DNA of 56,986 bases, taken from IMG/VR virus record IMGVR_UViG_3300021964_008614, positions 1-56,986 of that record. One strand, written 5' to 3'. Numbering within the stretch: the first letter of the stretch is position 1; every line of letters begins with the position of its first letter. The notes under the pieces are model-generated. The model did not search any database, had not been told where the DNA came from, and saw only the letters and a program-made list of their open reading frames with translations. Origin of the DNA: a virus. Lineage: Duplodnaviria > Caudoviricetes. Below are positions 43,545-50,862 of this stretch, one piece after another. The translations under genes and the position numbers were made by a program.

Positions 43545-43549
43545 GCAAA

Positions 43550-43915
43550 AATATAGCAACATTGTTTGGTCGAGGAGGCTCGACTCATCTTGAGGATATG
43601 TGAAATACCATATTCAGATACTGGTGCGTTGCAAGGATAATGCTAACTTAAGGCATAAAAGATGTATGCTCTGTGAAAAAGATACAACATACGCGGCAAG
43701 TGTTTTTGCACTGTTAAGGAACAACTGCCGTCCGTGGATACTGCGAATGCTGAAGTAAGGGGTTGACGATCTACCGCCTCTGTACATACTATATGTAATC
43801 TTCTTTAACAGTGTGGTGATGCTAACTCACATGATGTGAAACCACTCAGTTCGTCCGGCAACGGGCGAATTGTGGCTCAACTATCTACATGATGCTAAAT
43901 TGCTTCGCAATTATT
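43550..43915 (+). ncRNA. Candidate large structured non-coding RNA, family not recognised
   Basis: ORF-free and more GC-rich than its flanks, with at least 8 hairpins. Includes an 11-bp stem with two G-U pairs closed by a GCAA tetraloop (43847-43872) and a 14-bp long-range pairing of 43708-43721 with 43801-43814. Boundaries are approximate. Confidence 0.6.
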
Positions 43916-43945
43916 GTTTAAGAAATAAGTGTTTGAGCGATAGCG

Positions 43946-43971
43946 AAAACAAGATGTGCTTTAGCACATCT
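43946..43971 (-). terminator. Intrinsic terminator for the two small minus-strand genes
   Basis: Perfect inverted repeat AGATGTGCT-TT-AGCACATCT (43952-43971) followed on the minus strand by TGTTTT, 10 nt past the stop at 43982. Confidence 0.6.
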
Positions 43972-43981
43972 ACTAAGAATG

Positions 43982-44170
43982 TTAACTACTTAAATCTTTA
44001 AGATAATCATTAGGTCGAAGTTTAACTTCGGTATTAATCTGATTCTTTGTTCCGGTATTATGTTTTGCAACAATTTCACTACCCTGTGTAAAATAAAATC
44101 CTAATGATTCTGCTTTTTCCATAAAATCAAGAAAAGCGGACTCTAATTCAACAACTTCTTTTTTATTCAT
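43982..44170 (-). CDS. Hypothetical protein
   Basis: 62-aa ORF starting 2 nt after the upstream stop. Confidence 0.6.
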   Translation of the reverse strand: MNKKEVVELESAFLDFMEKAESLGFYFTQGSEIVAKHNTGTKNQINTEVKLRPNDYLKDLSS

Positions 44171-44172
44171 GA

Positions 44173-44355
44173 TTAATCATACAAGTCTGGATCTCTGCCT
44201 AAACCTTTTGGTCTCGGAGGGTGTACTTCCAGTACTTCGTATTCCTCGTGGGGGTTAACATTTTTAAAGTTGCTCACAATTTCAAATGCTTCTGCTTCTG
44301 TAGAGCATTTGACGATTTCTCGTTTTGCAACCACTATATAAGAGTTAGTACTCAT
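44173..44355 (-). CDS. Hypothetical protein
   Basis: 60-aa ORF ending GLGRDPDLYD, with TAAATA 7 nt upstream. Confidence 0.6.
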   Translation of the reverse strand: MSTNSYIVVAKREIVKCSTEAEAFEIVSNFKNVNPHEEYEVLEVHPPRPKGLGRDPDLYD

Positions 44356-44383
44356 CGTGAATTATTTAATATTAGTTATCTGA

Positions 44384-44391
44384 AATAAATA
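44384..44391 (+). promoter_or_regulatory. T4-type late promoter (AATAAATA)
   Basis: Intergenic, upstream of 44421; a divergent TAAATA lies at 44363-44368 on the minus strand. Confidence 0.6.
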
Positions 44392-44420
44392 GTTATACAT
44401 AACGAACAAGGATTAATTAG

Positions 44421-45023
44421 ATGAAAATTTCACAAGTTGTAGTTGAATCCAAAAAACAAACCACAAATGAGGCTCCTGTAGGCGGTATTAAGCAGGGTCT
44501 TACTAAGTTTGGTGCCAAAGCGGCCGCTAAATTAGGTGCAAAAAACACTGCATTAGGACTTGCAGGCAAAGCAGATACAGGCGACGAAGCAAACAAATTA
44601 CGTGGTGAATTCCAAAATTACATGGGAACAACAGGTCAAAGCATGGGTAAAATCGATGCATCAGAGTTGACTGCATGGTTGAAATCTAAAAAATATCCAA
44701 CAAATTCAGTTCCACCACAAGGTGTTCTTAACAAAAAACAATTAGACGATATTCTTTTAAAAACTGTACAGGCTTCTAAAAAAGTAGGTGGCGGTGCCGG
44801 CGGTGCAGTAGGTGCCGATGCAAATGCTAAACAAACAACTACAAATACTGGAAAAGTAGATAAATCAACAGCAACAGGTAGTTCAACAGCACAGACTGGT
44901 GAAGCACCACCAACACAAAACGGAAGTGCCGGTGGACCTGCTACAGAAGTTCCACCAAACATTCAAGCACAACTTGATTTGCTAAATGCACCTGATAAAA
45001 AAAGATTGGCGGCTTTACTGTAA
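44421..45023 (+). CDS. Hypothetical virion protein (candidate internal head protein)
   Basis: Late promoter upstream; N-terminus MKISQVVVE...NEAP; Ala/Gly/Lys-rich. Confidence 0.6.
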   Translation: MKISQVVVESKKQTTNEAPVGGIKQGLTKFGAKAAAKLGAKNTALGLAGKADTGDEANKLRGEFQNYMGTTGQSMGKIDASELTAWLKSKKYPTNSVPPQGVLNKKQLDDILLKTVQASKKVGGGAGGAVGADANAKQTTTNTGKVDKSTATGSSTAQTGEAPPTQNGSAGGPATEVPPNIQAQLDLLNAPDKKRLAALL

Positions 45024-47230
45024 TGAAACTATACGAACTTAACACACCAAACAACAGAACTTCACAAATACTAACAGAAGGTTACCAGGACCTTACTGAA
45101 ACACAAAAGATTTATCTTAACAGATGGGAACGTGAACTTTGGCCATTACTTGAAGAATATACAAAACTTGCAGAAGCAGAATTAACTGCTGACCAAATTC
45201 AGGATATCTTTAAAGGTGCAGAAGAACGTGCTATGGCCAGCGGCGACAACAAAACTGTTGCAGGCAAAGTAGGCGCAGGTGTAGCGGCGGCCGCAAAACT
45301 TCCTGTAGATATTGCAAAAGCAGTTGACAAAAAAATTAACGAACTTGGTAGACTTGCACAAAACGCTGGACCAGTTAAAAATGCAGATGCTAAGTTTGAA
45401 GAACTTAAAAAGAAAATTAGTGCAGAAAATTCGGATTCAAAAATTGTACAAGGCATACAAAAAGTAAGCGACTGGGCAAAAGAAAATCCAGGCAAGGCAA
45501 GTATTGCTGTAGGTATCTTAACAACTATTGCGGCGTTTGCGGGCGGTCCTGCAGGTGGTGCCGCGGCAGGTTTGATTCTACGTGCTTCAAAAGATTTATT
45601 ACAAGGTGAAAAATTATCAACAGCAGTTGGTAAGTCAGTTAAAACAGCGGCATATGGTGCTCTTGCTGGTTTAGCAATCAGAGGCTTAACAGATGCTATG
45701 GTTGACAATATCGCAACAGGCAGTGAAGCCGAAGCAAATGCAATGATGGACGGTTTTGAAAAAGCCAACTTTAAAGCGGCTGTAGATAGTGCGGCGGCAG
45801 AAGCAGGTCTTGATGCAGGTGTGCTTGATGGTGCTATGAACTATAGCAGTCAAGGAAACATCAACGGTTTCTTTTACAATTACAATTTTACAATGACTGC
45901 TGATCAAGTTTCAGAGTATAAAAATTTGTTATCTGCAACGCAGAGTGCAAAAGTTTTCAGTCCAGAATATTATGAAGCGGCAGGTAGGTTACACGGTTTC
46001 TTAGCAACAGCACAACAAGCCAACTCAGATTTAACTGCACTTGCACGAACAATAGCAGACATTCCAAAAGACATGCTTACAGGTGATCAGATGGATGCGG
46101 CAATCGCTGTGCTTGACAATGCAGATGCGGCAATTGAAAAAGTTATGGATATCGGCGGCGGAGCGGCCGCGGCGGCTCAAGGTGCTCTTGCTACAGTTGA
46201 TGATAGCAATAAAGAAATGCACAAGGTCAAACCAATTGATCCAAAAGAAAAAGAACAACTGGAATTAAGTTTAAAAGGTGGCGGTGAAGCAAAAGCAGAA
46301 TCAATTGACTACGAAACTTCTTACAAATATTTGTTAGAACAATATCTTGCAGAAGCAGATCCAGCACAACAAGAATTACCATTAGACAATCCTAATACAC
46401 TTGGTGCAAAAGCAAAACGTGGTTTAGGAAATATTGCAAGTAAAGTAGGCGGAGCAGTTAAAGATGCGGCAGGCAAAGCAGTCAAAGGTGTTAAACAAGT
46501 CGCTAAAGATGTAGGAAACAAAGTAACTGCAAATAAACTAAACAAAAAGTGGAAAGAAATGGGAGAGCCTACAGATGCAGGAACAGTAGCATTTATCCTA
46601 CAAGATGCAGGCATGACTAACGATGACATTTCAGCACTTGCACAAGAAAAGAAAGTAGATTTGCCAGCACCTACAGCACAAGCAGATAGTACTACAGATA
46701 CAGATACAGCACAAGCAGATGGCGGCTCTAACGCTGATACAGCGTCAACAAGCGGTGGTCAAGGAGCAAGTGGTAGTGCAGGAGCATCAGCCGGCGAAAG
46801 ACGTGCTACTAAAGACGAAATTGCCAAGTGGGTAAGAAAAGATGCACCGCTTGTTGATCCTAAAAATCCAGCCGCAGACGGAGCCATTGAAGCAGATAGA
46901 GATGGCAGAAACATTGGACTTGTGAGACAGGCCAATGGTGCAGATCATATCTGGGTAGGTCAGTCATGGACAAACATGACTACTGGAAAGCCTGTTAGTG
47001 CAGACACACAAGGGTTAGGAAGACCAGATCTTGAAGAACTTGCTAAAGAAATTCAAAAAGCAAATGTTGCTAAACTTGTAAAAGATCAATTAACATCTCC
47101 TGGTATACAAGCAGGTACTAAAGACGCTCAGACTGCAAAAGTAACCAAAACAATGACCAGTAAGACTGCAGGGCAACGTGCTGGAACAAAGTTCCAAAAC
47201 ACAAGCAATCAAGGCACTACCGTTCAATAA
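45023..47230 (+). CDS. Hypothetical virion protein (candidate internal/ejection protein)
   Basis: 735-aa Ala-rich helical ORF with hydrophobic Gly/Ala segments, coupled to the upstream gene by TAATG. Confidence 0.6.
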   Translation: MKLYELNTPNNRTSQILTEGYQDLTETQKIYLNRWERELWPLLEEYTKLAEAELTADQIQDIFKGAEERAMASGDNKTVAGKVGAGVAAAAKLPVDIAKAVDKKINELGRLAQNAGPVKNADAKFEELKKKISAENSDSKIVQGIQKVSDWAKENPGKASIAVGILTTIAAFAGGPAGGAAAGLILRASKDLLQGEKLSTAVGKSVKTAAYGALAGLAIRGLTDAMVDNIATGSEAEANAMMDGFEKANFKAAVDSAAAEAGLDAGVLDGAMNYSSQGNINGFFYNYNFTMTADQVSEYKNLLSATQSAKVFSPEYYEAAGRLHGFLATAQQANSDLTALARTIADIPKDMLTGDQMDAAIAVLDNADAAIEKVMDIGGGAAAAAQGALATVDDSNKEMHKVKPIDPKEKEQLELSLKGGGEAKAESIDYETSYKYLLEQYLAEADPAQQELPLDNPNTLGAKAKRGLGNIASKVGGAVKDAAGKAVKGVKQVAKDVGNKVTANKLNKKWKEMGEPTDAGTVAFILQDAGMTNDDISALAQEKKVDLPAPTAQADSTTDTDTAQADGGSNADTASTSGGQGASGSAGASAGERRATKDEIAKWVRKDAPLVDPKNPAADGAIEADRDGRNIGLVRQANGADHIWVGQSWTNMTTGKPVSADTQGLGRPDLEELAKEIQKANVAKLVKDQLTSPGIQAGTKDAQTAKVTKTMTSKTAGQRAGTKFQNTSNQGTTVQ

Positions 47231-47443
47231 TTAAAAGAACGGCAAGCCTGATTTTTTAGTAGTTTCTAAATTATCGTCAATAACTTTTTTTACAACTTCT
47301 CGATCCTCTGGACCAAATTCATACGCTTCTGTAATAGTAACTCCGCCACGCATATACCAAACAATTTTTAACAAGTCGTGTTTAATTTGTTTGGCTTCGT
47401 TTTCAAGTTTTTTAGTTTCACGTAAGATTTCGTCAAGAGGCAA
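47231..47443 (-). CDS. gp51-like small domain, probably made as a -1 frameshift extension of the upstream gene
   Basis: WYMRGGVTITEAYE...DREVV pattern. It has only a TTG start with no SD, and the frame stays open back to a T TTT TTC slippery site. Confidence 0.6.
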   Translation of the reverse strand: MPLDEILRETKKLENEAKQIKHDLLKIVWYMRGGVTITEAYEFGPEDREVVKKVIDDNLETTKKSGLPFF

Positions 47444-47448
47444 CTTCG

Positions 47449-48354
47449 CTATTGACGTGCGAAAAAATTTGATTGATCAAACGCAATAGGCACTTGGAAT
47501 GTATCCGGTGCACCTGCTTTACGCTCCTCTTCATCAGTTGTAACTGTTAACGGTTTGATGTTAAACTCTGTTTTCATCTTTTCAAGATGATTTTTAAGTC
47601 CTTCAAAAATAACTCCGTCTGTTCCTTCAAAAAACTCTCTAATATGATTTATATTAGTAACTGGATCTTCGTTTTGGAACTGTACACTGATAACTTGATC
47701 AACAACCATATCTAAGTTATAGTCTGTTAACTTTTTAAAACTTGCATTAAATTTTTCTAATTTTTGTGCTTCATCTAAATTAGATTCATCAATTGTTTTT
47801 ACTAAACGTTGTTCTTCAAATGCTTTTAAAGCCGCTTTAGTAAACTGTGCATAGTTATTAGGAACTAATTTAAAAGTAAATCCATTGCTTACAAAGGTAT
47901 CTTCAAACACTCTTGACTGCATTGAATCTAAAAGTTCTACTAAGTTTACTTGATAGTCTCTTTCTAACTCTGGCGTAGTGTTAGGAACCTTAGTAGTAAT
48001 TGTTAACGATTCCCCATACGTTGCAATTCTAATTGCAACAAGAATTGCATCGAGATCAAGACTTGGTACTGCATAGGCATCTTTAATAGATGGAATACAA
48101 CTCTTAATCAAACTAACGGTCGATTCACCATTAATTAATGCGTCTGGAGTTTTCAAGACCAATTCGTCTTTTGCGGTCATTGAATATACCGGCACTTCGC
48201 CGTTGTCAGGCATATCAATTGAACCTTCAGGCCAATATTGTCCCTTTGACGGCAATCTTAGATAAATTTTAGGTTGTCTAAAATGTTTTGCCAGCGGGTT
48301 TTGACCTTGAGGCTGAATTGGTATAGGGCCTCGTGGTATATTATTTTCTGCCAT
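47449..48354 (-). CDS. Baseplate hub assembly/tail chaperone protein, T4 gp26-like
   Basis: LRLPSKGQYW, MTAKDELVLK and DLDAILVAIRIATYGE; AGGAG SD and TATAAATA promoter upstream. Confidence 0.75.
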   Translation of the reverse strand: MAENNIPRGPIPIQPQGQNPLAKHFRQPKIYLRLPSKGQYWPEGSIDMPDNGEVPVYSMTAKDELVLKTPDALINGESTVSLIKSCIPSIKDAYAVPSLDLDAILVAIRIATYGESLTITTKVPNTTPELERDYQVNLVELLDSMQSRVFEDTFVSNGFTFKLVPNNYAQFTKAALKAFEEQRLVKTIDESNLDEAQKLEKFNASFKKLTDYNLDMVVDQVISVQFQNEDPVTNINHIREFFEGTDGVIFEGLKNHLEKMKTEFNIKPLTVTTDEEERKAGAPDTFQVPIAFDQSNFFARQ

Positions 48355-48366
48355 TTTTTTCTCCTG

Positions 48367-48395
48367 CTAAATAAGTTATAGCACAAGTATTTATA
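48367..48395. promoter_or_regulatory. Pair of opposed late promoters
   Basis: CTAAATA on + (48367-73) and a perfect TATAAATA on - (48388-95). Confidence 0.65.
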
Positions 48396-48422
48396 GTGTA
48401 GGATAAAGTGAGTATATAATTA

Positions 48423-50861
48423 ATGGCTGTTCAAGTTGACATACCCGGTTTTGGGCTCGTAGAAGCCAAAAACGCGGCTGAAGAAAGCACAATGAAAGAG
48501 ATCCTCCGTGCCCTACAGGGTAAGGGATCTAAGAGTTCTGGTGGTGCGGGTGGTGCAGGAGGCGGCGGAGGCGCAGGCGGAATGGCAGGCGTAATGCAAA
48601 AAGCCACAAAGTCAACAGGCAAATACACAGAAGAAATTAACAACACAAGAACGGCTTTACAAGATTTTGGTGCAGGACTAAGAACAGTCGGCGGACTAAT
48701 TAAAGGCGCCTTTGGAATGGTAACAACCAGTGCCCAAGGGTTGGCTATGGAACTACTGGACGGCGGCAATCGCATGTCAGACTTCCTTCAACATGTACCT
48801 CTTGTAGGTAACTCGCTTGGTGCTCTAACAGGAATGTTAGAAGGACAGGTTGATAATTTTAGAGACTTATCTGAAATTGGTGCAGGGTTTGGAAATAGTA
48901 TATTAGGAGTAACAAGAGCGGCAACAGATGCAGGAATGGGTGTAGCACAGTTTTCAGAGTTTGTTGGACAAAACTCGCAAAATATGATGTTGTTGGGCGG
49001 AACTATCACTGATGGTGCAAAGCAATTTGGACAACTAACAAGACAAATAAGAAACAGTGACAGAGACTTCCAAGGCATGGGTTTTACATTTGAAGCACTC
49101 AATGAACACACTGTAGAATACATGGATCAGTTGGCAATGCAAGGTCGACTGTCAGGCATGAGTCAAGCACAACTTAGAAAAGGTTCCGAAGACTACTTGA
49201 TGCAGATTGATAGACTTGCAAAAGTAACAGGTAAGTCACGTAAAGAAGCAGAACAACTACTAAAAAAACAAGCGGCAGAAGCAAACGTTCAAGTTATGGC
49301 AAGTAGATTGTCCGGCGAAGCATTAACTAATTTCCAAGATAGTATTGCGTTTGTTGATTCCGAATTACCTGGATTTAGTAACGCAATTAAAGATATGGCA
49401 GACGGTGTTGCACAAACTCCACTTGCACAAAAACTTGCTTCTACAATTCCAGGATTCCAAGCATTACAAGAAGAAATGGCCAGTGGTAGTTTAAGTCAAG
49501 AAGAATATATTAAACGTATGGCAGGGTTTGGACCACAAATTGACAAATTTGTTAAAACTATGGATCCTGCTATGGTTCAGCACTTAATGGGTAAAGAAGG
49601 CTTTGAAGGCATGATGAGCGGTATGGCAGAATATAATAAAATGTCTACCAAGTACAACGAAGCAGACATTGAAAAAATGAAAGCGGAACAAGCCGAGCGT
49701 GACAAAACTACAGCCGCACTTGCAGACTTTGAAACACGAATTGCAGAAGTAAGAGCAAAAATTATGAAAACTCTTATTGATAGCGGAATCCTTGACAAAC
49801 TTAGTAACTCATTTGGAAACCTATTAGAATGGTTTACAAGCAATGGTGAATCACTAACAGAATCAATGGGAGAAGTTTTAAAAAGCGGTTTAACATACGT
49901 TCAAAAATTTGCTGACTTCTTAAAAGATACTTGGAAAGCATCAAATGGCGATTTGGGCACTTTCTTTAGCACAGTGGTTGGCACACTGTTTAATAAGATG
50001 ATAGAGGCATTAGAACCTGCTAAACAAAAATTTATTGCATACTTAAAAGACTTTTTCTCCGAACACCTTGGAACTATGATTGCTGGTGTACTTGGAGCCA
50101 TAGGTGGCATTATAGTAACAAAAATTATTACAGGAATGTTAGGAGCAATACTTGGTGCTATTGTAGGACCAATCATTGCGCCGTTCCTTGCAATTGGCGG
50201 AGCACTGTTAGCAATCTTTGGATGGGAAACTATCAAAGGTTGGGTTGGTGCGGCTTGGGACGCTATTGTTTGGGTGTTTAAAGGTATTGGAGATATGTTT
50301 AGTTGGATTTGGGAAAAAGTTCAAGTACCAATTAAATTTATTTGGAGTATCTACTCTACCATGTTTGGTTGGATTGGTGATACATTTAGTTGGATATACG
50401 AAAAAGTAAAAGGCCCAATTACCACAATCTACAATGTTATTAGCGGAATGTTCGGATGGATTGGTGATACAGTGGATTGGATCTGGGGTAAAATCAAAGC
50501 ACTAAATCCGTTTAGTTGGTTCGGAAGTGATGACGACGAAGACGAGGCAGAAGAAAAAATTGCCCAAGAAAAAGATAGAACAGTAGGATTATCAGCAGAA
50601 GAAAAAGCGAAATTGGACGGTTACAGTCCTGACCAAGTAACTGCAATGGCAACAATGCCTGCGGCTCCAGAAGTTAGCGGTGCAGGCTCAGACACAACAA
50701 TGCCAAATTTTGGAAATGCCAGTACTGGAGGCGAAACTGCAACTGCAAATGTAAATAATAGTGCGATTGCAGAATTATTATATGAACAAAATAAATTACT
50801 CAAGTATCAACTTAGTGCTCTTAAAGCATTACAAGGTAATTTGTTAAAAGGAGTAGGATAG
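48423..50861 (+). CDS. Tape-measure-like protein
   Basis: 812-aa helical Ala/Gly/Met-rich protein with a hydrophobic stretch and periodic Trp/Phe repeats (GWIGDTFSWIYEKVK); adjacent to the gp26-like gene. Confidence 0.65.
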   Translation: MAVQVDIPGFGLVEAKNAAEESTMKEILRALQGKGSKSSGGAGGAGGGGGAGGMAGVMQKATKSTGKYTEEINNTRTALQDFGAGLRTVGGLIKGAFGMVTTSAQGLAMELLDGGNRMSDFLQHVPLVGNSLGALTGMLEGQVDNFRDLSEIGAGFGNSILGVTRAATDAGMGVAQFSEFVGQNSQNMMLLGGTITDGAKQFGQLTRQIRNSDRDFQGMGFTFEALNEHTVEYMDQLAMQGRLSGMSQAQLRKGSEDYLMQIDRLAKVTGKSRKEAEQLLKKQAAEANVQVMASRLSGEALTNFQDSIAFVDSELPGFSNAIKDMADGVAQTPLAQKLASTIPGFQALQEEMASGSLSQEEYIKRMAGFGPQIDKFVKTMDPAMVQHLMGKEGFEGMMSGMAEYNKMSTKYNEADIEKMKAEQAERDKTTAALADFETRIAEVRAKIMKTLIDSGILDKLSNSFGNLLEWFTSNGESLTESMGEVLKSGLTYVQKFADFLKDTWKASNGDLGTFFSTVVGTLFNKMIEALEPAKQKFIAYLKDFFSEHLGTMIAGVLGAIGGIIVTKIITGMLGAILGAIVGPIIAPFLAIGGALLAIFGWETIKGWVGAAWDAIVWVFKGIGDMFSWIWEKVQVPIKFIWSIYSTMFGWIGDTFSWIYEKVKGPITTIYNVISGMFGWIGDTVDWIWGKIKALNPFSWFGSDDDEDEAEEKIAQEKDRTVGLSAEEKAKLDGYSPDQVTAMATMPAAPEVSGAGSDTTMPNFGNASTGGETATANVNNSAIAELLYEQNKLLKYQLSALKALQGNLLKGVG

Positions 50862-50862
50862 T

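Noticed and set aside
43545-43981. Group I/II intron, tRNA, tmRNA, RNase P or CRISPR array
   Set aside because: There are no P7/R-S or domain V motifs, cloverleaf, RNase P consensus or regularly spaced repeats, and the flanking genes are convergent and complete.
47449-47451. TAG readthrough or stop-codon recoding
   Set aside because: Readthrough does not enter the downstream ORF's frame and soon hits TAA. TAG, TGA and TAA all end well-formed genes across the window.
50200-50520. Trp-rich periodic repeats (GWIGDT..W)
   Set aside because: These are an ordinary tape-measure feature, not a DNA repeat element.
45199-50803. Several 60-190 aa antisense ORFs
   Set aside because: They are shadow ORFs opposite Ala/Gly-rich structural genes.
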